64,000 nt of DNA from assembly GCA_013336275.1 (NCBI GenBank), contig JAAXUA010000003.1, positions 130,698 to 194,697 on the forward strand. The letters are read 5' to 3'. Numbering within the stretch: the first letter of the stretch is position 1; each line of letters begins with the position of its first letter. Made by a program: the position numbers and the translations under genes. Under the pieces are notes generated by a model that saw only the letters and a list, made by a program, of their open reading frames with translations, searched no databases and was not told the origin of the DNA. This document shows positions 28,246-36,403 of the stretch, one piece after another. The stretch is from Candidatus Falkowbacteria bacterium (GTDB lineage Bacteria; Patescibacteriota; Patescibacteriia; Patescibacteriales; GWE2-39-37).

Positions 28246-30507
28246 ATGACGTATACAAAAAAATTTAAAGAGTTGAGTAAAAAATCGGCACACATTGCGG
28301 GCGGGAAAGGCGCATCATTGGGCGAGATGATAAATTCTGGCATCCCTGTTCCGGATGGTTTTGTGGTTATGACACTCAGCTTCGATTTATTTATCAAAAA
28401 AAATAACATTGAGTCAGAGATTTCTAGTATTTTAGCGAGTGTTAATATCAAGGACAGCCAAACCATAGAGGAGGCTTCATGGAAAATTCGAAAGCTAATC
28501 ATGTCCTGTTCAATTCCAAAGGAGATCGAAAAGGAAATATTAAGTCGGTTTAAGGCGTTGAAAGCACCCTATGTGGCGGTTAGATCATCTGCCACTGCAG
28601 AGGATGGCGCCTCAGCAGCATGGGCCGGTCAACTCGAGAGCTACTTAAACACAAACGACAAGACATTGCTTTTGAATGTTAAAAAGTGTTGGGCTTCTTT
28701 ATTTACTCCGCGGGCGATATTTTATCGAATTGAGCAAAAATTTGAAAATAAAAAAGTGGCCGTTGCGGTGGTTGTTCAGAAGATGGTAAACAGCGAATGC
28801 TCAGGAATAGCCTTTAGCATCCATCCCGTTTTGAATGATAGCCGACAGATAGCGATTGATGCCGGCTACGGCTTGGGCGAATCTATCGTGGGTGGCCTGG
28901 TTACGCCAAACAGTTATTGCGTAGCAAAAGATACTTTCTGCATTTTGGATAAGATTCATTACGAACAAGAGAAGAAGCTGGTCAGGAGTTCGCAAGGAGG
29001 CAATGTTTGGAAAAAAACAAGCAAAAAGGAAAGGAGCCTATTCGTTTTAAGCGATGAAAAAATTATCACATTGGCGAAGATTGTTGCAAGAATCGAAAAG
29101 CATTATGGATTCGCTTGCGACATCGAGTGGGCGTATGAAAAAGGAAAATTTTACATCGTTCAAAGCAGGCCAGTCACCACGGTGAACAGGAAAAATCAGA
29201 CGTCTCTTGAACAATTGAATTGGTACTATTGGGGTTGTTGGAAAAACACGGCCCTTTGGGCCTCGCCTTGGTATCAAATGGCAAAAACCAAGGTCGTTAA
29301 AGAGTTGGGTCTGAAGAATTTGATTTCTGGTAAAAGCATATTTACAGACGGCCATTATTTTACCCTGCAAACTGATTTCGATTTAGTAAGGCCGGAGATA
29401 ATCGCGAGTTTGGAAGGAAAAAGCGAATGGTTGAATCAGTATTTCAAATTGTGCGACATTCACACGAAGAAGCTCATCAGGCTGAAGAGTGATAAAAATT
29501 TATCAGTGTTTTTAATGGAACTTTACGAGGTGTTTACTTTGTCGCTATTATCTCGGTATGTCGATGTGAATTTGGAACACTACGCAAAAAGAGTCTGCAA
29601 TGATTTAAAGTATCCATATCAAGACCTGGTTTCGCAAATGTTATTGAGAAAGGAAACGCCTTCAAGCGGGTATGGTAAAGCTATTTCAAGTAAGATGCCA
29701 GCTGAAGAGATCCTTGAGGAGTTCGGCTGGTTCGGCGCAAGTTTTTATACGGGCGAGCCGACTTTAACGCTTGAAAAAATCAAGTCTGATAGAAAAGAGC
29801 TGACTGCGGTCCGTAAATCGCACTCGAAAACCATAAAACTGGATAAACGTTTGCGTAAGTGTGTAGATGTCGGTTCGGAAATTTCTTTCATCAGGACGAA
29901 CTTAGCCGAGGTGTTCAGCATGGTGTCTTATGAATACTTTGATCAGTTAAAGGAGGTGGCCAAAAAGAGCAAGCTTAAGTTTGAGGATGTGATGAGGATG
30001 ATCCCTGAGGAGGTTGTTGCATTAGTTAAGAACGGCCGGAAGCCGAAAAATATCAAAGCCAGAAAGAATGAATTCGGAATCGTGGCAGACAAAAAGGGCA
30101 TAAGGCTTATATACGGAAAAGAATTGGCCGTAATGACGAATAAATTTTCGTATTTATATAAGCCTAGCGAATCGCTAAACGAGTTTACGGGTTTGAGCGC
30201 CTTTAATGGCATTGCGAAAGGCATTGCCAGAATCGTTTTGGAGGCGAAGGACATTGGCAAAGTTGGCGAGGGTGAAATAATAGTCGCCCCCGAGACTACG
30301 CCGGATTACATACTTGGCATGAAGAAGGCGGCAGCCTTTGTGACGAATCAGGGCGGCATAACATCTCACGCGGCAATCGTTGCAAGAGAAATGCAGAAGC
30401 CTTGCGTCATCGCCACTAAGATCGCGACTGAGGCGATCAAGGATGGAGATTTGATCGAGGTGAATGCGAACCAGGGTATAGTAAAGATTTTAGAAAAAGG
30501 CAAATGA
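28246..30507 (+). CDS. PEP-utilising phosphotransferase: PpsA-type ATP-grasp N-domain + unknown middle domain + C-terminal phosphohistidine swivel domain (rifampin-phosphotransferase-like architecture)
   Basis: N-terminal GGKGASLGEMINSGIPVPDGFVV (PPDK_N). C-terminal TNQGGITSHAAIVAREMQKPCV (mobile His domain) is the last domain, and no PEP/pyruvate TIM-barrel follows. Confidence 0.8.
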   Translation: MTYTKKFKELSKKSAHIAGGKGASLGEMINSGIPVPDGFVVMTLSFDLFIKKNNIESEISSILASVNIKDSQTIEEASWKIRKLIMSCSIPKEIEKEILSRFKALKAPYVAVRSSATAEDGASAAWAGQLESYLNTNDKTLLLNVKKCWASLFTPRAIFYRIEQKFENKKVAVAVVVQKMVNSECSGIAFSIHPVLNDSRQIAIDAGYGLGESIVGGLVTPNSYCVAKDTFCILDKIHYEQEKKLVRSSQGGNVWKKTSKKERSLFVLSDEKIITLAKIVARIEKHYGFACDIEWAYEKGKFYIVQSRPVTTVNRKNQTSLEQLNWYYWGCWKNTALWASPWYQMAKTKVVKELGLKNLISGKSIFTDGHYFTLQTDFDLVRPEIIASLEGKSEWLNQYFKLCDIHTKKLIRLKSDKNLSVFLMELYEVFTLSLLSRYVDVNLEHYAKRVCNDLKYPYQDLVSQMLLRKETPSSGYGKAISSKMPAEEILEEFGWFGASFYTGEPTLTLEKIKSDRKELTAVRKSHSKTIKLDKRLRKCVDVGSEISFIRTNLAEVFSMVSYEYFDQLKEVAKKSKLKFEDVMRMIPEEVVALVKNGRKPKNIKARKNEFGIVADKKGIRLIYGKELAVMTNKFSYLYKPSESLNEFTGLSAFNGIAKGIARIVLEAKDIGKVGEGEIIVAPETTPDYILGMKKAAAFVTNQGGITSHAAIVAREMQKPCVIATKIATEAIKDGDLIEVNANQGIVKILEKGK

Positions 30508-30523
30508 GTTAATCATATAAAAA

Positions 30524-30547
30524 ACGAGCTTGCTTGGCTCGTTTTTT
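30524..30547 (+). terminator. intrinsic terminator
   Basis: ACGAGC-TTGCTTG-GCTCGT followed by TTTTT. Confidence 0.65.
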
Positions 30548-30553
30548 ATATTT

Positions 30554-30629
30554 TGGGGTGGCTACAGGGAATCGAACCCTGATAATCGGCACCACAAGCC
30601 GGTGTAATAACCGCTATACGATAGCCACC
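30554..30629 (-). tRNA. tRNA-His (GTG) with encoded G-1 and CCA
   Basis: The reverse complement folds as a cloverleaf: G-1:C73, acceptor GTGGCTA/TAGCCAC, anticodon loop TTGTGGT, T-arm CAGGG-TTCGATT-CCCTG, 3' CCA. Confidence 0.9.
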
Positions 30630-30710
30630 ATAAAGTCCATGCTGAATGGACTAAAATAATATACTGTAAAAAAACCGTTCTGGCAAGACCGTGCCTAAAA
30701 TGAATTTCAG

Positions 30711-30782
30711 TACCCCCGGCAGGAGTCGAACCTACGTAACCAGCTTAGAAGGCTGGTGTTCTATCCGTTGAACTACGGGGGC
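30711..30782 (-). tRNA. tRNA-Arg (TCT)
   Basis: Reverse complement GCCCCCGTAGTTCAACGGATAGAACACCAGCCTTCTAAGCTGG...GGTTCGACTCC...CGGGGGTA. Anticodon loop CTTCTAA. Confidence 0.9.
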
Positions 30783-31021
30783 AAAAATGACAAATTTGCC
30801 AATTTTTTGGCAAATATTAGTCATTAGTAATATAAATTGTAGCAAAAAAGGTCAGAAAAGTCAAAGCCTTGAAAAAAAATAGCCTTTGTGTTATGGTTTG
30901 GAAGTATTTTAATAAATAAATGACCCTTTCTTGGACCTCGGATGTCTTGCGTATATATAATGTAAGGCGCTTCTTCGGAAAAAGAGGTTACCCGACTCTC
31001 GGATAGGGACACGAAAAACGA

Positions 31022-31399
31022 ATGTTGGACAAAAAAGTCAAACAGCGGATCATTCAGAAGTTCCGCACCCACGCTAACGACACCGGTTCTTCTCAGGTGC
31101 AAATCGCTATCCTGACTGAAGAAATCGAACGCTTGACCGATCATTTGAAAGGCCACAAGCAGGATCATTCTTCCCGTCGCGGCCTTCTGAAGAAGGTCAA
31201 CGAACGCCGAAAATTGCTGAAGTATCTGCAAAAGGAAGACGAAGCCGCTTTCGGCGAATTGGCCAAGAAGCTTAAGCTGAAGATTGCCAAGAAGATGATT
31301 GAGGAAGAAGAGGAGCGCAAGCGCATCGAAGAAGCCATGATGGCTGGCGATGTGTTGAAGTCGGAAACGGAAGAAGAGGTCGTTGAAGAGGCTGCGTAA
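31022..31399 (+). CDS. rpsO: 30S ribosomal protein S15 with ~35-aa K/E-rich C-terminal extension
   Basis: FRTHANDTGSSQVQIAILTEEIERLTDHLKGHKQDHSSRRGLLKKVNERRKLLKYL is the S15 core. The extra tail KLKLKIAKKMIEEEEERKRIEE...EEEVVEEAA follows. Confidence 0.9.
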   Translation: MLDKKVKQRIIQKFRTHANDTGSSQVQIAILTEEIERLTDHLKGHKQDHSSRRGLLKKVNERRKLLKYLQKEDEAAFGELAKKLKLKIAKKMIEEEEERKRIEEAMMAGDVLKSETEEEVVEEAA

Positions 31400-31434
31400 G
31401 GCCTGCTCCGAATTGTCGGAGAAATAATATCCAT

Positions 31435-31932
31435 ATGATAAAACACAAGGAGCAACGCGTTGGTGTCCTGGTCGACGTATCGAACATGTACCACTCCGCG
31501 AAAAACCTGTTCAAGCGCCGCGTTAACTATAAAGAAGTCTTGAACGCTGCCGTGGCCGAGCGCAAGCTCATTCGCGCCACCGCCTATGCGGTCAAGACCG
31601 AGGGTGAAGAAGAGCTGCCTTTTTTCGAGGCCTTGTCCCAGCAGGGATTCGAGGTCAAGATGAAGGACTTGCAGATTTTTGCAGGCGGCATGAAGAAAGC
31701 TGATTGGGATGTCGGTATCGCTATCGACGCGATCAAGCTAGCTTCGAAGCTGGATGTGATCGTGCTCGTCACCGGCGATGGCGATTATATCCCGCTCGTC
31801 AACTATCTGCAGAACACCACGGGCTGCTTGGTAGAAGTGGTCGGTTTCCGCCAGACGACTTCATCGAAATTGATCGAAGAAGCCGATGATTTCATTAATC
31901 TGAGCGAGAATAGGAGATTCTTATTGCGATAA
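31435..31932 (+). CDS. NYN-domain (LabA/DUF88-like) putative ribonuclease
   Basis: VGVLVDVSNMYHSAKNL...DWDVGIAIDA...VLVTGDGDYIPLV pattern of PIN-like NYN domains. Confidence 0.8.
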   Translation: MIKHKEQRVGVLVDVSNMYHSAKNLFKRRVNYKEVLNAAVAERKLIRATAYAVKTEGEEELPFFEALSQQGFEVKMKDLQIFAGGMKKADWDVGIAIDAIKLASKLDVIVLVTGDGDYIPLVNYLQNTTGCLVEVVGFRQTTSSKLIEEADDFINLSENRRFLLR

Positions 31933-31946
31933 CATATACAAAAGGA

Positions 31947-31971
31947 GGGGGCGGCTTTGCCGCCCCCTTTA
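31947..31971 (+). terminator. intrinsic terminator / attenuator
   Basis: GGGGGCGGC-TTT-GCCGCCCCC followed by TTTAT. Confidence 0.55.
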
Positions 31972-32079
31972 TCGCGTTAGCTGATAATTATTAACATAAG
32001 CTTGGCTGGCAAACAGATAGTGCTGTGGGTTATGACTCATAGTCCTGTAGTTTGTCGGCCAGGCCGAAAAAGAAAAAGT

Positions 32080-34377
32080 ATGTCACAAGAAAAAGTGCTT
32101 AGCACTGAATGGCTTGGCCGGACCTTGACGATCAAGACCGGCAAGCTGGCCAAGCAGGCCACCGCCGCCGTCACTGTCCAATACGGCGAAACCATGGTTT
32201 TGGCGACTGTCGTCGAAGCCAAAGAAGAGCGCATGGTTGATTTCTTCCCTTTGACCGTCGAGCTTGAAGAGCGCTTGTATGCCGCTGGCATCATCAAGGG
32301 CTCACGCTGGCTCAAACGTGAGGGTCGTCCGACTGAAGACGCTGTCCTGACCGGACGCATGATTGATCGCTCGATCCGCCCATTGTTCAGAGATGGTTCG
32401 CGCAAGGATGTGCAGATCATCATCACCGTATTGTCTGCCGACCAGGAGAACGACCACGATATCATTTCGCTGGTTGCCGCTTCAACCGTCCTGTCTATTT
32501 CCGGTTTGGATTGGAATGGACCGATTGCCGGCATCCGTGTCGGACGTGTCGAGGGCAAGCTGGTCCTTAACCCGACTTATGCCGAGCGCGAGAACAGCGA
32601 CTTGGATCTGATTGTCGCTGGCACTGACAAGCGCACCATCATGATCGAAGCCGGCGCCAAGGAAATCAAGGAAGATGAGGTATTGGAAGCGATCATGCTG
32701 GGACAGCGTGAGATGCAGCCGGCTATCGAGTTAATTGAGAAGTTCAAGGGCTTGATCGAGGCTCGTCCGTTCGCAGAAAAGAAAAAGCTGGTTCACCCGG
32801 AAGAATTGGAGGCCGAAAAGGAATTTGAAAAGGTTTTGGCGACGGCTCAGGCTTGGCTTGATCAGAACGTCAAGAATATCTTGTTTGATAAGGAGCTTAA
32901 TTCCAAGGGTCAGCGGAAAGCCGCAGTTGGCGAACTGAAGGATCGTTTGGACATCTATCTCTTTGAACAGGGCATCGGCAAGGACCGCCGCAGCAAGGCG
33001 ATCAACAAGCTGTTGTTCCCGGCTATCGAAGCTGAAGTGACTCGCGCCATCTTAGAGGAAGGCAAGCGTGTCGATGGCCGTGGTCTCGAAGAAATCCGCT
33101 CACTGACCTCTGAAGTTTCTTTGTTGCCCCGCACCCATGGTTCCGGCCTATTCTCGCGCGGCGAGACCCAAGTCTTGTCGGTCGCCACTTTAGGCGCTCC
33201 CGGCCTGGAGCAGAATCTCGAAGGCATCGAAGGCGCTGGCACCAAGAGCTATATGCATCATTATAACTTCCCGCCGTTTTCGGTTGGTGAAGTCAAGAAT
33301 ATCGGCGTGCCGAGCCGCCGCGACATCGGTCATGGGGCCTTGGCTGAAAAAGCCTTGCTGCCAGTTCTGCCAGGTCGCGAAGAATTCCCGTATACCATTC
33401 GCGTCGTTTCGGAAACCTTGGGTTCGAATGGCTCATCTTCGATGGGTGCAACCTGCGGTTCGACCTTGGCGCTGATGGATGCAGGCGTGCCGATCAAGAA
33501 ACCGGTCGCCGGCGTTGCTATCGGCCTAGCCTCGAATCATGATATGAGCAAATGGCAAGTTTTGACCGATATCCAGGATTTGGAAGACGGCGAAGGCGGC
33601 ATGGACTTTAAAGTGACTGGAACTGAAGATGGCATCACCGCCATACAGCTCGACACTAAGACCATCGGCTTGGACGAAGCGATCGTCAAGGAGGCTTTGC
33701 GCCAGGGCAGGAACGGACGTTTGAAGATTTTAGATGTAATCAAGGAAGCGATTCCGGCTGTGCGTCCGGAATTGTCGCAATATGCTCCGCGCATCGTCAG
33801 CTTTCATATCAATCCTGATAAGATCCGTGATGTCATCGGTTCCGGTGGCAAGGTTATCAATGAGATTATTGCCGCCACCGGCGTATCAATCGACATCGAG
33901 GATGACGGATTGGTGATGGTTTGCGGCAATGATGCAGAACGCTCCAAACAGGCGATCGAATGGATCAAGAATATCGCTCGCGAGTATGAAGTCGGCGAGG
34001 TGCTGACCGGCACCGTTGTGCGCATGCTCGACTTCGGCGCCTTCATCGAGATCGGTCCGAAGACCGACGGAATGGTGCACGTTTCTCAACTAGCGCCATA
34101 TCGCATCGGCAAGCCGGAAGACTTCTTGAATGTCGGCGATACAGTTACAGTAAAGATCAAGGAAGTCGATGAGAAGGGACGCATCAACCTGACCATGCTC
34201 GGATTGACGGAAAACGAACCGCTATGGAAAGAGGAAAAAGGTAAGGCTTCTGGCGAAAGCGGTGGCTTCAATCGAGGCGGCTTCGAACGTCAGGGTAACG
34301 ACCGAGGCGGTAATCGTCGCGGAGGTGACAGACCATATAACGACCGACCGAGACCACCACGTCCCCCAATGATGTAA
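32080..34377 (+). CDS. pnp: polyribonucleotide nucleotidyltransferase (PNPase) with RGG-rich C-terminal tail
   Basis: Two RNase PH domains, KH (GSGGKVINEI) and S1 (GTVVRMLDFGAFIE). Tail GGFNRGGFERQGNDRGGNRRGGDRPYNDRPRPPRPP. Start set at ATG 32080 (MSQEKVL...). Confidence 0.95.
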   Translation: MSQEKVLSTEWLGRTLTIKTGKLAKQATAAVTVQYGETMVLATVVEAKEERMVDFFPLTVELEERLYAAGIIKGSRWLKREGRPTEDAVLTGRMIDRSIRPLFRDGSRKDVQIIITVLSADQENDHDIISLVAASTVLSISGLDWNGPIAGIRVGRVEGKLVLNPTYAERENSDLDLIVAGTDKRTIMIEAGAKEIKEDEVLEAIMLGQREMQPAIELIEKFKGLIEARPFAEKKKLVHPEELEAEKEFEKVLATAQAWLDQNVKNILFDKELNSKGQRKAAVGELKDRLDIYLFEQGIGKDRRSKAINKLLFPAIEAEVTRAILEEGKRVDGRGLEEIRSLTSEVSLLPRTHGSGLFSRGETQVLSVATLGAPGLEQNLEGIEGAGTKSYMHHYNFPPFSVGEVKNIGVPSRRDIGHGALAEKALLPVLPGREEFPYTIRVVSETLGSNGSSSMGATCGSTLALMDAGVPIKKPVAGVAIGLASNHDMSKWQVLTDIQDLEDGEGGMDFKVTGTEDGITAIQLDTKTIGLDEAIVKEALRQGRNGRLKILDVIKEAIPAVRPELSQYAPRIVSFHINPDKIRDVIGSGGKVINEIIAATGVSIDIEDDGLVMVCGNDAERSKQAIEWIKNIAREYEVGEVLTGTVVRMLDFGAFIEIGPKTDGMVHVSQLAPYRIGKPEDFLNVGDTVTVKIKEVDEKGRINLTMLGLTENEPLWKEEKGKASGESGGFNRGGFERQGNDRGGNRRGGDRPYNDRPRPPRPPMM

Positions 34378-34393
34378 GATATTCAGATATACA

Positions 34394-34426
34394 ATACCGC
34401 CGGCATACCGCCGGCGGTATTTTTTT
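34394..34426 (+). terminator. intrinsic terminator after pnp
   Basis: ATACCGCCGGC-ATACC-GCCGGCGGTAT followed by TTTTTT. Confidence 0.8.
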
Positions 34427-34430
34427 CGGG

Positions 34431-34459
34431 TTGACTTGTGATATGATGAGTGGTAGATT
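34431..34459 (+). promoter_or_regulatory. promoter TTGACT-17-TAGATT
   Basis: Directly after the pnp terminator and upstream of the 34524 ORF. Confidence 0.45.
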
Positions 34460-34523
34460 GGAGGATATTTGAACATTTATCCGGCGCCAGAGTGCGCCAC
34501 ATCCTGCACTGAGGAGGCAAGAC

Positions 34524-34961
34524 ATGGCAAGAAAAACGACGAGAGAGCTGTTGTTTGACCAGGAACCGTTCAGCTTTTTGGGCGGAGAGGAGTTTACCGT
34601 AAGCGAACTATTCCCAGGAGTGGTAGAAGACGAGGACGCATCCGCGGCCAGGTTCGAATCTCATGTGAGCGACGCGTGCTTGGCACCGGAACTTCTTGAG
34701 CCCTCGGAAATAGCGGAGATAAGGGCATTGAGAGCCCAGGGCATGATTCCTGATCTTTCCGATCACCCCTGCTGCGCCCAGGAGCTGTCCATTGAAGAAG
34801 TGGCTGACCCCTCAACCAGCAGTGAACCGACCCGCTTTTTGCCCCTCTCGTTCTTTAGGGAGCTCAAGCGAATGAGGCGACTATTCAAAAGCAAAGTCGC
34901 CCAATCCCGCCGCATCGAATTTCCCGACGGTCATGTAGTTATGGTGCTTCGACACACCTAA
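34524..34961 (+). CDS. hypothetical acidic protein (145 aa)
   Basis: GAGGAGG SD 6 nt upstream. Has its own promoter and a downstream hairpin (AAAAGGCC...GGCCTTTT). No family recognised. Confidence 0.55.
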   Translation: MARKTTRELLFDQEPFSFLGGEEFTVSELFPGVVEDEDASAARFESHVSDACLAPELLEPSEIAEIRALRAQGMIPDLSDHPCCAQELSIEEVADPSTSSEPTRFLPLSFFRELKRMRRLFKSKVAQSRRIEFPDGHVVMVLRHT

Positions 34962-35054
34962 AGGCTTCATAAATCGCCAACCAAAAGGCCCCCTTCCAAG
35001 GAGGCCTTTTCAAATACCTAAAGTCGGTTCCGGATGACGTTTTTAGTTTAAAGT

Positions 35055-35083
35055 TTGACAAATACATAATATATTAGTAGTAT
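35055..35083 (+). promoter_or_regulatory. promoter TTGACA-17-TAGTAT upstream of nusA
   Basis: TTGACA at 35055-35060 and TAGTAT at 35078-35083. Confidence 0.5.
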
Positions 35084-35092
35084 GCAAATAAG

Positions 35093-35125
35093 GCTAGTTG
35101 TATTTTTACAATTAGCTTTTTTTTC
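35093..35125 (+). terminator. terminator-like hairpin within the nusA leader (candidate attenuator)
   Basis: GCTAGTTGTA-TTTTT-TACAATTAGC (one G:T pair) followed by TTTTTTTT. About 75 nt before the nusA ATG. Confidence 0.45.
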
Positions 35126-35200
35126 AACCAATAAGGCGCTATTGCAGAATTAATCGTGCATTTGGCAACAGAGACTTTAAATAATTTTAAATATAAATTC

Positions 35201-36379
35201 ATGTCAGATATCAGCAATGCTATCAAACAGATTTGCGAGGAGAAAGGCCTGAGCTATGACGCAGTTCTAGAAACGGTCGAATCAGCCTTGGCCGCCGCCT
35301 ATCGCAAAGATTTCGGTGAAAAGAACCAGAACATCAAAGTCGAATTTGACCCGGAAACCGGCAAGTCAAAGGTTTATGATGTAAAGCTGGTCGTCGAAGA
35401 CCTTCCCGAAGAGGAGCTGGTCGAGGGCGAAGAGGAAGCCGTCGAGGAGTATATCGAGGGTGAAGAAGGTGAAAAGAAGTTCAATCCCAAGACCGAGATG
35501 CAGATCAAGGATGCCAAATTGATCAAAAAGACCATCAAGCTCGGAGAAGAACTGCGCATCAAGCTTGAGCCGCCCGCCTCCTATGGACGCATGGCTGCCC
35601 AGACTGCCAAGCAGGTGATTATCCAGCGCTTGCGAGAGGCTGAGCGCGATATGGTTTTTTCAGAATTCAAGGATAAAGAACACGAAGTCGTCGGCGGCGT
35701 GGTCCAAAGGCGTGAAGGCGGCGTGGTTTTCGTCGACCTTGGCAAGGCTATCGGCATCTTGCTGCCCGACGAACAGATCCATGGTGAGCGCTACAATATA
35801 GGCGACCGGGTCAAGGTTTACGTCAAAGAGGTGCGTCTTTCACCTAAGGGCCCGGAAATAATCTTGTCCCGCACCTCGGATGAGATCTTGAAGAAAGTGT
35901 TTTATCTCGAAATCCCAGAAGTATCAAACGGCTTGATTGAAATAAGGTCGGTTGCCCGCGAAGCCGGACATCGCTCCAAAGTAGCGGTTTACACCAGCTC
36001 TGATAAGGTTGATCCGATCGGCTCATGCGTCGGGCAGCGCGGCGCTCGCATCCAGACCATTATCCAGGAATTAGGAGGCGAAAAGGTCGATATCATCAGT
36101 TACGATGAGGACCCGGCCCGCTTTATCGCCAACGCCTTAGCCCCGGCTAAGATTGTCGGCGTCGAAGTCAAGGACGATGACCGCCGAGCCGTTGTGACCG
36201 TGGCAGAAGATCAGCTATCATTAGCTATCGGCAAAGGCGGTCAGAACGCCCGCTTGGCCGCCCACTTGACCGGTTGGAAGATCGATATCGTGACTAACGG
36301 CCAGTCGGCAGCACCGACCGCGGTTGAAGAGGTTGCGGAAGAAAGCGACGACGAGGAAGTCAATGAGGAAGATAATTAA
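35201..36379 (+). CDS. nusA: transcription termination/antitermination factor NusA
   Basis: N-terminal domain, S1, and two KH domains (CVGQRGARIQ, AIGKGGQNARLA). Acidic insertion EDLPEEELVEGEEEAVEEYIEGEEGE and an acidic C-terminal tail. Start set at ATG 35201. Confidence 0.9.
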   Translation: MSDISNAIKQICEEKGLSYDAVLETVESALAAAYRKDFGEKNQNIKVEFDPETGKSKVYDVKLVVEDLPEEELVEGEEEAVEEYIEGEEGEKKFNPKTEMQIKDAKLIKKTIKLGEELRIKLEPPASYGRMAAQTAKQVIIQRLREAERDMVFSEFKDKEHEVVGGVVQRREGGVVFVDLGKAIGILLPDEQIHGERYNIGDRVKVYVKEVRLSPKGPEIILSRTSDEILKKVFYLEIPEVSNGLIEIRSVAREAGHRSKVAVYTSSDKVDPIGSCVGQRGARIQTIIQELGGEKVDIISYDEDPARFIANALAPAKIVGVEVKDDDRRAVVTVAEDQLSLAIGKGGQNARLAAHLTGWKIDIVTNGQSAAPTAVEEVAEESDDEEVNEEDN

Positions 36380-36403
36380 TAATAATAAGCTCCAAAGAAA
36401 TCT

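Noticed and set aside
32002-32079. Upstream extension of pnp in the track ORF
   Set aside because: The extension starts at a non-ATG codon, adds a non-homologous Cys/Arg-rich peptide, and overlaps the preceding hairpin region. The conserved PNPase N-terminus begins at ATG 32080.
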